DNA of 64,000 nucleotides from Lama guanicoe (GCA_013239625.1 MU054026.1:186001-250000); one strand, 5' to 3'; counted from the stretch's first letter, positions 1 through 13,747 are shown. Program-made: numbers and translations. Notes: generated from the sequence alone by a model not told the origin.

Positions 1-904
1 TCTTCTTCTCTTACATACAAATCGGTACTTGTGGCATTCCTTGGTTTCTGTAGTACTATAGCAGTAATACAGCAAATTTCAAATCTAGGTGTTCTGAAAG
101 AGACATCGTCCGAGGGGAGAAGGATGCACTTGAAAACCCATCAGAAACACGTGCACAGTGTCCTTTGAAGCCTCAGCTCCCCGACTCCCTGTTCTGCCCT
201 GAGTATAAGACCTTATTCCAAAAGGTTGAATAAAAAGGGAAGATAGACTAATGATTAAAAAAAAAAATCAGATACAGCCTTGCCCCAATAGCCCACCCAT
301 CATACTTTCAAATAAGCTGATCGCTCACAGCAAAGGTTATTTAGAACAAAGTGGAGCTCCCGCGTCCATTTATTTGAATGTATTTCCATTTCAATCACCC
401 TGCTTCAGAAGTCGCCTCTCCTTCCCGCCACGTAAGGTGAACAGATGTGATTTTAAGGACTTACTTCACAAACTCCTGCTCTGAAATAAACAGGATTGTC
501 TGGATAGTGGAATTTTTTTTTTTTTACTTCATTTGGGGCATAAGACTCAAAAATTAGTTCATTTCTGATCCTACTCGTGTGAGGGCATCAGATTAGTCGC
601 CTTTCAATATCCTTAGTCATCGGTTCCCAGAGGAGTGGGTTTTCCTCTTCTATGTGCACAAATACATTAAAGTTGTCTGCTTGAGTGAGGAAGTAGAGAT
701 CAAGACGACTTTCTGAAATTTTTTTTATTTCATTCGGCATCATCAAGGGTATACAAAGGAATCCTCTAAAAGGAGTGGGCGATCAGTTGAAGCTTCTTTT
801 CCAGAAAACAGGAAGGGATGGAGTGATCTGAAGAGAACCAGCTATGTAACTCCTTGTGCAATAGGTACTCTTGACAAAAAATCATTTTATTTCAAACGAT
901 TAAC

Positions 905-1101
905 AACAGGATTGTACTGTGTAGCACAGGGAAACGTATACAGGATCTTGTGGTGGCTCACAGCGAAAGAGAATGTGACGATGAGTGTATGTGTGTTCAT
1001 GTATAATTGAAAGATTGTGCTCTTCACTGGAATTTGACACAACATTGTAGAATGACTATAACTCAAAAAAAAACTTTAAAAAATTAAAAAATTAAAAAAA
1101 A
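905..1101 (+). mobile_element. 5'-truncated young L1 3' end with A-rich tail and target-site duplication (TSD)
   Basis: L1 3'UTR motifs (gtagcacaggga...gacacaacattgt...actataactcaaaa), A-rich tail; TSD-like tatttcaaacgattaac (888-904) / tatttcaagtgattaac (1102-1118). Confidence 0.85.
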
Positions 1102-1484
1102 TATTTCAAGTGATTAACCAGGACCAGTGATGGTGTCGACCCTGAGACTAGACGTGGATGGAGGTATCGCACATTATGAACATTAGCCGTTCATTCATTA
1201 TTTCCAGCGTATTATTAAAACAACAGTAGCGATATTGAAAAGCAAGATACAAGGGGAAAAAATGTGCCACAAATTTTTACCTTTTCTACCCCTAAGGAAA
1301 AGCAATGGCATTATCAAGCAATGTGTCATTTTTGAGCACATTATCTGTTATGTACTAGTGTCACCCTGGGCAAGACTCCTACCCTCCCTAATGGGAAAAT
1401 AAAATTTGCACACAAAATTTAAAAAAAAACTGAAAAAATACAGGACTATTCTGAATAAATGAAAAATAAATCGAGTGTAGATCT

Positions 1485-1569
1485 GGGGTGCAAAGGGTGT
1501 GTAGGAATTCTCTGTACCTTCCTTTCAACTTTGCTGTGATCCTAAAATTATACTAAAAAATAAAGTCTA
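1485..1569 (+). mobile_element. Old L1M-type 3' terminal fragment
   Basis: ggaattctctgtaccttcctttcaactttgctgtgatcctaaaatt...aataaagt resembles ancient L1M 3' ends. Confidence 0.6.
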
Positions 1570-1700
1570 GCAACCTATAATGAAAAAGAATATGAAAAGG
1601 AATATATGTATGGATATGGATGACTGAGACATTCTGCTGTACACTAGAAATTGTCACAACATTGTAAACTGCCTATACATCAATTAAAAAAGGAAAAAAA
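1570..1700 (+). mobile_element. Short young L1 3' end inserted in the tail of the older L1
   Basis: aacctataatgaaaaagaatatgaaaaggaatatatg...tgctgtacact...acaacattgtaaact; flanked by aaaaaataaagtcta / aaaaaataatagtcta. Confidence 0.8.
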
Positions 1701-3401
1701 TAATAGTCTATTTGAATAAGTAAATATATAGATGATAGATTGATAATAAATGTGGAGATAGAAGGGAATCTAGAATAAAAAAGGGCAGAGTCATAGATGG
1801 CTTCCTGGAAGAGGTGGACCTTGATTTGGGACTTGAGAGAGGGTAGAATTGGAATATGCTTAGGGAAAGCAGAGAGCCATACCCAGCAAAGGCCAGGAGT
1901 CCAGAGTGCCTGGACTTCATAGAAACCATCTTTATTCCATCAAAAACTGCATGTGGGAAAATATTTGGAAGTAAGTCTGAAGAGTGTAGTAACTAGAAGG
2001 TGAGGTCCTTGTTTTAAAATTACAGCCTCAGTCATCACACTAATTCATGCTGTAACCTGCCTACTTACGGGAGTCAGCGTGCAGCCCTAAGTCATGACGG
2101 GGCTGAAGCTCTCAGAGCCAAGGCGTGCGATTTCAGGGAGTCTGTTAGTTACTCATCTTTGATGCTGGTGCCCTGGCCAGCCTGAGAAGTCGCTAGCACA
2201 GTGGAGTTGGAGACACTCAACAATCCAGCTTCTATTCAAGCAGGGAGACATGGTAGTCTTTTAGGGAAAATAAAAATAAAAACTCCTGAATTCTGCAGAA
2301 ATTTTTCTTGGAGGAAGGAGTTCAAAGGGAGAGGTGGCAGGAGCAACAGAACGAAACAGAAATAATAATAATAATAATAATAACCTCATGTAATGATAAT
2401 TTGAAGGGCAGGAGGGAGGTTTGTGCATTTAATTATGGTAACACCAGTGTGTCAGGAAAGCTAAACTCAACAAGAAGGCCCTTAATCATTAACACTGTCA
2501 TCCCAGAAAAGTGCCTTCTCGCAGCTGCCTGTTTGATACACTCTGGGTGACAAAGAGCCTGCAGACAAGAGCCTGTCAATCCTGCAGCAGGGAGCCTCAG
2601 AAAACCCCTGAATACGGGCCATGTGTGTCTGTGTGCGTGTGTGTGGTGTGCTTGCAAGGTGTATATTTGTTTCCCTTTTTGCATCTCACCCTCCATCCTT
2701 GAAAATTCTTCCTTCTTGTTCTCTAAAATAAATTGGCAATGCCCTGTTTGCTCCATTGCATTTTTTCCTTCCAGTACCTTCTGCTCGCCTCTTCCCCTGA
2801 AGGGCTGTGTCATCTTCACACTCTGCTTCCAAGGCCGGGGGAGGCCATGGTATCGAAAACCATTTGCCAGCCACGGTCTCTTTCCAGTACATTCCTCCAC
2901 CGCCCCCAACTTCATCAGAATAGAAGCTTCTAAACCCGTTGCCAAGGTTGAGAGGTGGTCAGAGGCCACCCGCCTGGCCCAGATCCCCGCAGCCAGGACC
3001 TGCGCCGAGGAAGAGGTCAGACTTTAATTGGTCTCTTGTTGGCTCCTGCCACTTCTGCATCCCCCTCGCCAGCCCAGCGCCATGGCAGGTAGTTCAGCAG
3101 ACACACAGCCGTTCACCTCCACAGGCTTGCAGTCTGCGCCTCTTAATCAGCAGCCCCTTCTGGCTCCCTCCTCAATTCTCCCAACACACAATCTTTAAAA
3201 ATAACCTGATGACTTAGCATTTAAACTGGGGCCATTTATTCAAGCCAGGCTATTGAGATGGGGTGGTGGTAGTGCCGGAGAGCAAACTGTGGGCAAATAT
3301 TAAAATCCCCAAAGAGGTGAAAAAATAGTTCCACGCCACCCGAGAGAACAATGAAATGGGACTGAGGGGAAGTAAGCATACGCAACACTTGTAGAGGAAG
3401 A

Positions 3402-3604
3402 GAATTGCTAATATCAACTACTATATATAAAATAAATGTAAAAACAAACTCCTAGATAGCACAGGGAACTATATTCAATATGTTGTAGTAACCTATAATG
3501 AAAAGAATATGAAAAGGAATATATGTATGTGTATGTATGACTGAAGCATCGTGCTGTACACCAGAAACTGACACATTGTAACTAACTCTAAACTTCAAAA
3601 AAAG
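3402..3604 (+). mobile_element. L1 3'UTR fragment
   Basis: atagcacagggaactatattcaata...tgactgaagcatcgtgctgtacaccagaaactgacacattgtaact, same family as the other young L1 ends here. Confidence 0.85.
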
Positions 3605-3607
3605 TTT

Positions 3608-3650
<43 letters not shown>
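3608..3650. repeat. (CA)n(TA)n compound microsatellite
   Basis: Directly visible. Confidence 0.95.
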
Positions 3651-3651
<1 letters not shown>

Positions 3652-3983
3652 TCTTTCTCAAATTCTTTTTCATTATGATTTATTACAGGATATTGAATAC
3701 AGTTCCCTGCACTGTACGGTAAGACCTTGTTGTTTATCTATTTTATATACAGTAGTTTGTACCTGCTAAACCCAAACTCCTAACTTACCCCTTCCCCGCC
3801 TTCTTTCCCCTTTGGCAACCATAAGTTTGTTTTCTACGTCTGTGAGTCTGTTTCTGTGTTTTTGGTAAATAAGTCTGTTTGTGCCATGTTTAGATTTAGT
3901 GAAGTCAGTCTGAAAGAGGAAAACAAACACCACGTGGTTCTCACTTCTGTGTGGAATCCAAAACATAACACAAATGAACTAAT
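3651..3983 (-). mobile_element. L1 3' fragment with inverted 5' segment
   Basis: 3651-3897 is minus-strand L1 3'UTR; 3898-3983 is the adjacent upstream L1 sequence (agtgaagtcagt...ggaatc...cacaaatgaact) in plus orientation. Confidence 0.75.
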
Positions 3984-5134
3984 TATTATCTTTAATTGGG
4001 GTTTATTCACCTTCTTCAAAGACAGCTCGGTCTTTGCAAGGATGCAATGAGCTTTACAACGGTGGGTGTAGATTTCTCAGCCCCAGCCCTCCTTATATCC
4101 CTCTAGTCACACAAAACATTGTTTTGTTTTGTTTTTCCTGAACTTGCCAGACATCCTGGCACTCAGGCTGTTCCATTAGCTGGGGGCCCTTCTGTCTCTG
4201 CTCAGACCCTCCTCACCACTGTTGAGCCCTCCCTGTGGCACCGTCACTGCTGGGTCCCCCCACAGTGGCGGCGTGGCTGTGAGCCTAGCCCAGGGCACCT
4301 CACTCGGCCTGATGAAGCAGCTCATTGTTTATGTGGCTTTGCGCTCTCGTGGCCTGGAAGCTGCTCGAGTTGATTATGACTGTCCTTCATTTATCTTCTT
4401 TCCCCTAGACTACCTAGCTCAGGTGATCTCTAAGTGTTCATTAAAGGCTCTGAATGAGCGGCATGATAGATGAAGTAACCAAAGAAAGCAAATATCTTCG
4501 ACTATGAAAAACTACCACTTGAATTCAAAAAGTTGAAACTGGTTTCCGCCTTGTACCTGACAGGGTTTAAAATGAGTCGAAATTAAAAATATATCTCTCT
4601 TACCCTCCTGCTCCTAATTACCTGATGTTCTTTACACTCTATCAAAAGGAAAGTGAAAGAAAATAAATTCTCTCTGCAGAGTTTCTCGGCCCTGTTTCCA
4701 TACCTTACAAAAAGAATTAATAAACCAACATTATTCCTAGAACTGGGCTGATATAAATTGATGGCCCCGGTATCTAAACCAAGATATGGTGGTAGAATAA
4801 GATTCTAATAGAATAAATTTTTGTTAAAGGAAGAAACTACATTAATTCTATCACCGTATATATAGGGAAAAAAAACTTTAAGAAAAAACAGCAAATAGAA
4901 AATTACGTTTCCTTCTGGGGGTAAGCAGAGACAAGGGAGGGAAAAAATATATTCGTTCTTTTTAAGTTATTTCCAAGCCAAGTGGAAGAGATTAGAATGT
5001 ACCCGTAAGAATGAAGACCTTTGCTAAAACAAAGGAATTGCATTGTGTTTGTCCTCCCTGCAAAATTGTTTCCTGTGTAAACTGCACAAGGCTAGTGCAC
5101 CATTCATTAAGCAGCGGACCCAGGACACAGAGCT

Positions 5135-5375
5135 GACAACTGCTAACATGGCCAGATGACTTCTTCCTCGTCAGGTACCGTGCTAAGCTCTTTATCTGCT
5201 TACAGTATTTTATCCTTACAATAGCCCTGTGAACTGTGAATTGAGAATGGTTATTATCTTCACTTCTCAGATGAAGCTTAATAAGGTGAGGTGGCCCAAG
5301 ATGACAGAGTTAGCTAAGCAGTCAGGCGAGAATTCAGGCGCCACGCAGTCGGATTTCAAGGTCATCACCACTTCC
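5135..5375 (-). mobile_element. MIR SINE
   Basis: caggtaccgtgctaagctctttat...atccttacaatagccctgtga...cagatgaag...ggcccaagatgacagagttag matches the MIR core in reverse. Confidence 0.75.
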
Positions 5376-5600
5376 TCTTCCTGGTGTGGCTTGAGAGCAG
5401 GAAATCTGGGATTTCATCTCAATTCACTGTTTGAGGGAGATTTTTTGAATATTAGGTAGAATTTTGACAAATCTGAACCAAGGATAAGCGTTTTTTCAGT
5501 TTGAGAGGCTAACAACGAAGATGTGGAAGTGAGGAAACCAGAGGTGTCCCCGGGGGACAGAAGGACCCAGTGAGACATGGGCACTCTGTCCACGGGGAGA

Positions 5601-5925
5601 CGGGGCTGGTCAGTTTAGGACCACGTGTTCTCGTGGAGCTGGTCTCTGTATAATGGTTGTTACTTTTTAAGCGGTTGAAAAAAAGTAAAGAATATTTCAT
5701 GACAGGTGAAAATTACATGAAATGTATGAACTCACATGGAGTTTCAGTGTCTGTTAATAAACTTCGATGGGAACACAGCCATGCTCATTCATTCTGCGTT
5801 GTCTGTGGCCACTAGCTGAAAATTGAGTAGTTACAGCATAGACTGTGGGACTCGCGAACCCTAAAATGTTTACTATCTTGCCTTTTACCAAAAAAAAAAA
5901 AAAAAGCTTACTGACCCTTGATGTA
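5601..5925. mobile_element. MER58-like hAT-Charlie DNA transposon relic
   Basis: ggaacacagccatgctcattcatt...gagtagttacagcatagactg...cctaaaatgtttactatcttgccttttac...gcttactgaccc. Confidence 0.75.
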
Positions 5926-7479
5926 GAAAAGTCGTCGAGGGGTGTTTAAAAGGGTGAGTAAGTGACAGGCAGTCATCAAAAACAGGCTTGATCGTTCATA
6001 ATTTTAAAGGTAGTGGATCCAGAACTCTGAAAGATATTGAGATGTGAAGTGACGTAATCAGGAGCCTTGGCTTCTAAGATTGCGAAGAAAAAGAGATCCT
6101 CAGATGCCTTCTGTAATGATCATTTATTATATGGCCACAAAAGGGGACAGGACAGCAAGGCAACTGGCCGAGGGGCAGTATGGCCGTTTCAGGTCCCGGA
6201 ACTTCCAACCTTCAAGGAAAGCAGTTCATCTGCTCTAGGACTCATCATGACTTCAGAGGGCCACCAGCTTAACGTGCCTGCGGCATTCGTTCCCCCGAGA
6301 GAGGCTCTGGTTGGGTCGGTTCCCTGGCATCTCATATGGAGCATCCGTATTCCACGGAGCACGGTGGCTAGTCCCCACAGGGCCAGCCTGTCCACGGTCG
6401 CCCTTGGCTGAGACCATCCCTTGGTCTAGGCAGTGGCAGGACAGCTGGTTTTGTTGTTCCCAACGTTCAGAGTGAAGCTCCAGCTTCTACACACAAGCTG
6501 CATGAGGGCACTTTCCATTGAAGGGAGATGTGAACACAGTAGCCCCTTCACATTTTAAGGATTCCCCCCGCCAAAGTTAGAGTAACATGCTCCAAGGACC
6601 CCCCAGCTCCTTGAGCAATACACCTACCTGGACCTCAGTGGCACCTCCACCCCACCATCCGTGCTCTGGCCTCCCTGCTCAGCCTTCACAGCGACACCAA
6701 GAACTCTGTTGGCTCAAAGCATCCAAAGGAAAATGCATGCACCAGCTCTGAGCTCTAACTTTATGTCCTAAAAGTCTCGTCCACTGCACGGACTGCTTCT
6801 ACCACCTCTTCCTGCAGCATTCTGTGTCTTTTCCTGCAGTGGCTTTAGCTCTTTTTCAAAAGAAGGAAGGAAGAAAGGAGAAGCGAGGGAGAGAGGAGGA
6901 AGTTGGAAACCTGACAGAGAGATGCCTTGGGGAGTGCGTCTGCACATTAGGGATGACAAGTCAGAGGGCAGTGGGTCTTTTATCCTCCTCTGAGGATCTT
7001 TGTGTCACAACAGCGAAAGAGGATCTTTATAACTTACTCAGCAAGTCCCGGCAGTTTCCAAGTCTGAGTTCTTACAAGGCCTTTGTCCTTCTCTCTTCTG
7101 AAGTATTTAAAATATTTTGAACAGAACAGCCAAAAATCAAACTTTTGCAGGAACCCCTACAGATGGAGAGAAAGGGAAAGGAAGCCTGCAGGAGCAAGAC
7201 TGGAGAGAACCTGGATTCCAGTCCTCACACTGTCACTCACCAGCCATGGGACCTGGAGGAAGCCAGATCCTTTCCAAGCCTCATGATATGAAGGTCAGAT
7301 GTGAAACATGACTGATAACACCTCCTGACAAGTGTCACCGCTGGCTCTGGCGATCCAGTGGGAAGGTAGTACATTCCAAGCTTCAGAAACTGTCAAATAC
7401 AGAATACACGTGACCCGAGGATGTACATTTCAGTGGGCAGAGTAAACACGGCAGGGCTGCAGAGGAATGAGCCATCGTG

Positions 7480-7900
7480 CCAAGCCAGACTGATAAGGGG
7501 CTGATTTGCGGATGACTTGGAATTCCATCAGGATCTTGAAGAAAGAGAAGCATTCTAGGCTGGGAGAATGGTACAGAAAAGACACAAAAGGCAAAAATCT
7601 CAGGGTGTGTTTGGGGAGCAGGGTGTAACCAACATGGCAGAAGCAGACTAAGTGTGGTTGGCAGAGTCAAGTCCACGTGGAAAAGATGAGGTGAGCACTC
7701 TCGGAGGCCTTGAATGCCAGGGCTGGCAGTCTGGAGTTTACTCGAGAGACAAGGAGCAGTACTTTTAGACCAAGCAAGATAGATCAGAGGGAGGATGGGG
7801 GGCAGACAGAACCTGCTAGCAGCTGCGCCCTCATCTGTCTAGAGACGAGATAAGGAGCTAAACCAAAGGCACGGCTGTGTTGGCGACCGTGAAGGATCTG
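7480..7900 (-). mobile_element. Degraded L2 fragment
   Basis: cattctaggctgggagaatgg...ggccttgaatgccagggct...ggagtttactc is typical of L2. Confidence 0.5.
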
Positions 7901-10900
7901 GTGACGGAGGAGGACGTCCAGGGAGAATGAAGCACCGCCATTTAAGATGCTGCCATGGGAAATGGTGACGTCCTAAGAGGGAGCCATCCTGGGGGAAGAA
8001 ATTAACACACTTTCAGCGTCAGCTTTTGAGGTGATGACGCCTGTGACTTGAAAGACTCTAACGTATCACATGGAAAAGGCTTTGAGGAAGGGACGAGCAT
8101 GAGGGGGCTCAGGGCCACTGGGAGAGACCAGAGGCACACGCTTCCCCAGATTGATCAACTGAGCAAGGTTCTCCGGCACAGGCAAGTGGGAGGCTTAGCG
8201 CGGTCCAGCCAGAAGGGAGACAGCTCCCGGGGGGGCCCTGAGAAGTGGAGAAAGAAATGCAGACCTCAGATGGGAAGGCCCTTGATGGTCTACACCCGAC
8301 CGTCTCCAGAGGTCTCCCGCACAGAGGAAAACCACAATTCAAGTCAGTGTTTCTGAACCAGGCAAATGGGAGTCAGACACCAAGGAGTGTTGATTTGTAT
8401 TTAAGCACAATATTTTTTTTTATTACTTTCTGGAAATTTGACACCAAGCCTCATTTTAAGCTAGACAAAGAAACACACTTTTTTTTTTTTCTTTCCAAAT
8501 GATTGACACTCAAAAGGTAATACCCTTTAAATTCCTCCAATTAAAGAAAATTTAATTTTAAGTTTAATTAAAGGAAACTTTAATTAGAAAGAAGATTAAA
8601 TTTTAATTAAATTTCTCTAAAATCTTCATACCAGCCTTTACAGCTAATATTTCTGTCAGAAACCAAATCCCTTCTTAATATTCTTAAATTCTATTCTAGC
8701 ATTTTCCTCCGTATTAAAACAGCATCCCGCCAGCTGTACCTGCCACTGTGAAAATTATTCCCGTCTTAAAATACTGGAAATGCAACTGAGAAACCCAAGT
8801 CTCCCTGGGCAGAGAAGGAAAAGCAGCTGATTCTGTCATTGATGAGATTTTTGCTTTCAGTCTCTTCCCAGGCCTTTCCAAGGTGATTAGGTGTGGCGGG
8901 CCTGCTGTGAGCATTTTGTGCTGAGTCCACGGCGTCAACAAATATTTATGGACAACCTACTGTGTGCGTGGCCCTGTGCTGGGTTCCCTGTCTAGCAGGG
9001 AAATGGTGATAAGACATGAGCTCAGCCAGAGGGCCGCCCAGACAGAGCCTGGACCAGTTTTGCCTCCTGGATCCTTGGCTGTTCCTCCGGGAAACACCGG
9101 GAAACACCGGCTGCTGATGCCTGACTGGTCCAGGGTTGTTCCACTGCCCCTCATAGCTCACTAGCCAAAGGGTCCTCAGGTTCTCCACCTAAACTGCTGC
9201 TGGATAGTTACATTATTAGCCATAGGGACAGACGAAACTTTACTTCTCACATTTCTCATCTGTAAAATGGGGTAATAAAATCTGTCACGTCTGAAGCTTT
9301 GACTGAAATAATGCAGATAGAAAAAGTTTCTGAAAACTGCCAAGTACTGCGTATTCCTACATATAACCACCTCCTAACGCCAGCTTGTATGCCCTCATCC
9401 CATTCGTCTCAGGACCCACGCCCTGCTCTCCACCAGCCCACAACCCAGCTCAGCTCGTGTGTCTTCTCCTCCTCGAAGCCAGCACTGAACAAAGCCCCAA
9501 CAGGGAACCTTCCTTTCCACACGAACCCTGGCCCAGGCTGCTTTATATTTACTCTGATAGAGGGCCCTTTCCCAGCCTAAGAGTCAAGTTAAAATAAAGC
9601 GAGGATAAAGAATTTCATTAGGAAAAAGGTTACGTTCAGTCTGCATGACAGACAAAAATCTCCTCTGCAGGATGCTAGATTGAGGTCCTGACCACTGTGA
9701 GGAGGGCTGTGCTGAGCTCGGGAGCTGCTACTCCATGTGTCGGTCACACACCCCATTTTCTTGAGGAGCTAATATGTGCAAGGGACTAATTTTATTTATC
9801 AGTGATCGCCCCCTAACAAGTCAACTCCCCCTCTCCCCAGATTATCTTCTTGGCCCTGGACCTGGAATGCCTCTCCCAAATCTGCTGCTCACCTGGTCTT
9901 CAGAACTTCCACAAACCCAAGCTTCTCCATGAATCTTGTCTGATTCCTCCAACTTCCTGCTGAATTCCTGTGTCCTCACAACCCAAGTGACACACAATGA
10001 AGTCTTAGACGCAGGGCCTGGTTCCCTGCTGTACCCTGGGTCTCAGCGATGTCCTGCAGCTTCTCCAAGGAAGGGTCTGTGGTCACCATTCCTTCTGCAG
10101 ACACAGGAGGTAATGAAGAAACACTTGCTCATTAACTGTCTTTCCAAAGGGCCTAGAAGCCCCATTCTAGTCTGTGAAGTGCAGGGCACATCAGAGACAT
10201 AATTCCCACAGAGCAGGGAAGATGGTGATGGTGTGGAGGGCGGCTTCTCCCAGGAGCGAGAGGGAGTTTGAGAGGCCCCCAAAGTGAGAGAAAGCGCTCC
10301 GGGTCAAGACCAGCTCTGGGCCCTTGGCGATCCATTATTTAGCTGTAAAATGGGTACAGTGTAATTCTCGTGTGCCTGCTTTAGGGCTTCTGTGAGACCT
10401 AACTATTTGTTGTTTGTAAAGGCTTTGAACTCTCCAGATGAAAGCCACCAGGAGGAGTTCAAAGGACGAGTCCAGACCATTATCAGCTATGGTTAGACTC
10501 AGTATGAGAGGAAAGACATGGCCACCTTCAGCGCACCTGTCAGCCTGGCTTTCTTTTTTTTTAAAAATCATTTGTAGGATTTTTGTGGCTAAGTTGGAAT
10601 TGCTCTTCATTATTTTTTCACTGGCAATTAAAAAAAGATCAAAATGGGACTTGTAACGAGGAGGCTGAATGCTAATTTCTGCTCTCTGTAGAAAGGCAAA
10701 ACCTACGTCTCAGGAACCCTTTTCTCTTTACACTTAGAGTCTGCGGGAACTGGGGGGGATTTGTGATTTTCCTCTTCTGCTTCAAAGACTGGGGGGAGGG
10801 GGACTCAAAGAAGGGGAGAAGAAGGAAAACTCACAAGTTTTAAGTGCTGATTTTCTTCCCCTTCTTTACACTAGTTGCCAAATTTCTGAACTGCCAAATG

Positions 10901-11294
10901 ATGGGAGAGTGTTTCTTTTTCTTTTCTTTTCTTCTTTTTTTTTTTGTAAGATGAGTCTCTGAATAGAACCACGGTTCTCATCATCAAAATGCTGCTGACA
11001 ATGAAACCTAACACCCTCTTCTCTTCCTCTCTCTCCTTCTCTCTTCCTCCCTCCCATTCCCCCAGCTCCTAGTCTTTCTCAAGGATCCAGCAGGACTGAA
11101 GTGTGATGATTTCATTTTTCTGTTCTGGCTGAAGGTTTCTAAGGGGTCCCTTTTCCATCAAGGGCTGCTGCCCACAGGTCACGTCCACCCTCATGCTGAG
11201 GTCCCCATTTCACTGTGACTTTCTTTCCTTCTTGCCTTTTCCTTGACCTTTTTGCTTCCAGGAATATCTTTCCTAAGAATCTACTTGCTCTAAT

Positions 11295-12030
11295 TTTTTT
11301 TTGAGCTTTACTGAGGTATAGCTGACAAACAAAAACTGTATTTGTGCAGTCAGGGTGTACAACGTGATGTTCTGATATACGTATACATTGTGAAATGAGC
11401 ATCACATTCAAACTAGTTAACACATTGCCTCACACACTTACGATTTTTTTTGTAGTGAGAATGCTGAAGATGAACTGTCTTAACAAATTTCAAGTAAACA
11501 AGACAGTGTTATTAACTACAGTGACCGTGCAGTGCATTAGATCTCCAGAATTTATTCCTCCCACGTGACTGACACTTGGTATCTGTTGGCCAACATCTCC
11601 ACCACCCCTCAGCCCTGGCGGCCACTATTCTATTTCCTGATTCCATGAGTCTGATTTTTTAGATTCTTCATGTACGTGAGATCTTCATGTACATGAAATC
11701 ATGTAGGATTTGTCTTTCTGTGTCTGGCTTATTTCATTGAGCATAATGCCCTCCAGATTCCTCCGTGTTGTCACAAATGAAATGGCTGTGTGTGTATTAC
11801 ATACTACATATAATACTATGTGTGTATTTTTTTCACATCTTCTTTATCCATCCATCCATCCAAGGACACTTGGGTTGTTTCGGTATCTGGGCTATTGTGA
11901 ATAATGCCACAGTAAACATTGGGGTGAAGATGGCTCTCCAAGGTCCAGAATAAATACCCAGAAGTGGGATTGTGGAGTTGCTGGACCATAGGGTAGTTCT
12001 GCTTTTAATTTATTGAACTTGCATACTGTT
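11295..12030 (-). mobile_element. Older L1 (L1MA-like) ORF2 end and 3'UTR
   Basis: T-tract then gctttactgaggtatag...gtgtacaacgtgatg...tctttctgtgtctggcttatttcattgagcataatg...atacccagaagtgggattg. Confidence 0.85.
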
Positions 12031-13189
12031 TTTCTCCAATCTTTTGAGAATTAGGAGTAACAGTAGGCATTGCCCTCACTTCTTTCTAGCGCTTTCCCTT
12101 TCTCACTTACATACAGACGTTAATTCATCAAAATGAACGCTCAGGTTGGCATTCCAGGTGGAAATTAGGAAAGAGCAAATGTGTCAACTGCTCTGCATGC
12201 CTGATGCCCTTCTCCATCATAGATTAATCATTGCAGGTACCCTAAGAATCCAAATTTTTAAATAATGCTTGGAGATGACGGGTGTAACCCAGAACAGGTT
12301 GATGAGACTGAGCTGGCTGGAAAATAACTTCTGGACTAGAATGCTTTCTGTTCCACCTGCCAAAGCTCGGGGCTGAGAAGGTTCTATGTGTGCATCATTA
12401 TCCCTCAATACCAGACGAAGTCTAAATAACAAAAAAAGGGTGAAGTGACCCACCCACAGGGATCTCTAGTGCAAAGATCCACATCGTCCCTTATCCAGGA
12501 GGGTCATGGGATCCCGAACTGTGCTGTGGGCTCACTGTGTCCATATTCAGGGCATCCCACACACATCCTGTAAAGGGCTTTTCATCCCACAGCAGTAATT
12601 GTGCACCACATGACTACTCAACCTAAAACATCTTGAGTGGGTGTTTAATGAGTCCTCTTGTTTCATAAACTGTTTCTGCAAGAACACGAAGCTTCCTTTT
12701 TAATAACTGTTCCTGGTCTTCTGTAGCTGTTGCTGTTGCTGGGGGATATATTATATAATATTAACAGTAAAAGCATCCATTTCAATAATAATTCCTTAAA
12801 CTATAAAAATTTAACCACAACCAAAAAACCTTAATGCTCAAAGATAGGAATAATGAGATGGAATTTTAGAAGATGTCTCCACGTTCTTATTTCTTTACTC
12901 TCGCTCTCGGAGACCCATTTCCAAGTGTATCTCTACCCAAATGTTCCACGTTAAACACACAAATACACACACACACACACACTGCCCTCCACTCCCATTT
13001 TCACACCCTCTACATACATAAATATGGTGTTTCCCATTCATTTCACTTTCAGCCCTGTTCCTTATTTTTAAATGTCTTCAGCCTTCTTTGGTTTTCTTAC
13101 AAAACCGCAAACTCATCTCTGACTTGTCATCCATCACCAAATATTTGAATTAAAAAATGAAAAAAAAATCACCCAACCATTATATTGAG

Positions 13190-13350
13190 CATTGGCATGA
13201 GAGACAGGTGACCTATATTCTGATCCCAGCTTTGCAATTAGTTCTGTGACCTCAGAATAAATCATCTAATCTGACTGTCTGATTTCTTCGTCAGTAACGT
13301 AAGGACTGTAACTGTCCTGCTGCTTTTACAAGGTTGTCAGGAGAAATGTC
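13190..13350 (+). mobile_element. MIR SINE fragment
   Basis: gatcccagctttgc...ctgtgacctcag...atttcttcgtcagtaacgtaagga. Confidence 0.55.
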
Positions 13351-13747
13351 TGAGGACTGAATATCCTCCTGAAGTTAAACGTTCCACATTTACCCCAGGT
13401 CATCTCTGCCTCTGGTTCGTCTCTGAGTGCTCTCCGCTCATCGCCACCTCACCCGTCTTTCGTCCACACTTTCATCCCCTCAGCACCATTTACCGTGTAC
13501 CAGCCATCTGCCAGGATCCATCAGGCGTCAGGAGCTCACACCCTCACACCCTCGTGGGGAAGGAGACATCCTGGCAGACCTACACCCTGTGTGGGAGGGG
13601 CCCAAAGTGCTGGGGGCCATGGCACCCAGTCTCTAAAGACACAGAAAGACCTGAAGCCATCCATCCATGTACGTATTAAATGCACCTGTGTCCTATTTTG
13701 CCTTTCCATCCCAGTCACTCACCGTTCAATCCTCCTCCCTCATAGAA

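Noticed and set aside
2433..2969. Longest ORF in the track (178 aa)
   Set aside because: No recognisable domain, crosses a TG-repeat-like stretch, and is overlapped by similar chance ORFs on the other strand.
3070..3095. Strong Kozak context gcgccATGG followed by caggtag
   Set aside because: No CpG island, only a weak donor-like site and no downstream coding exons identified.
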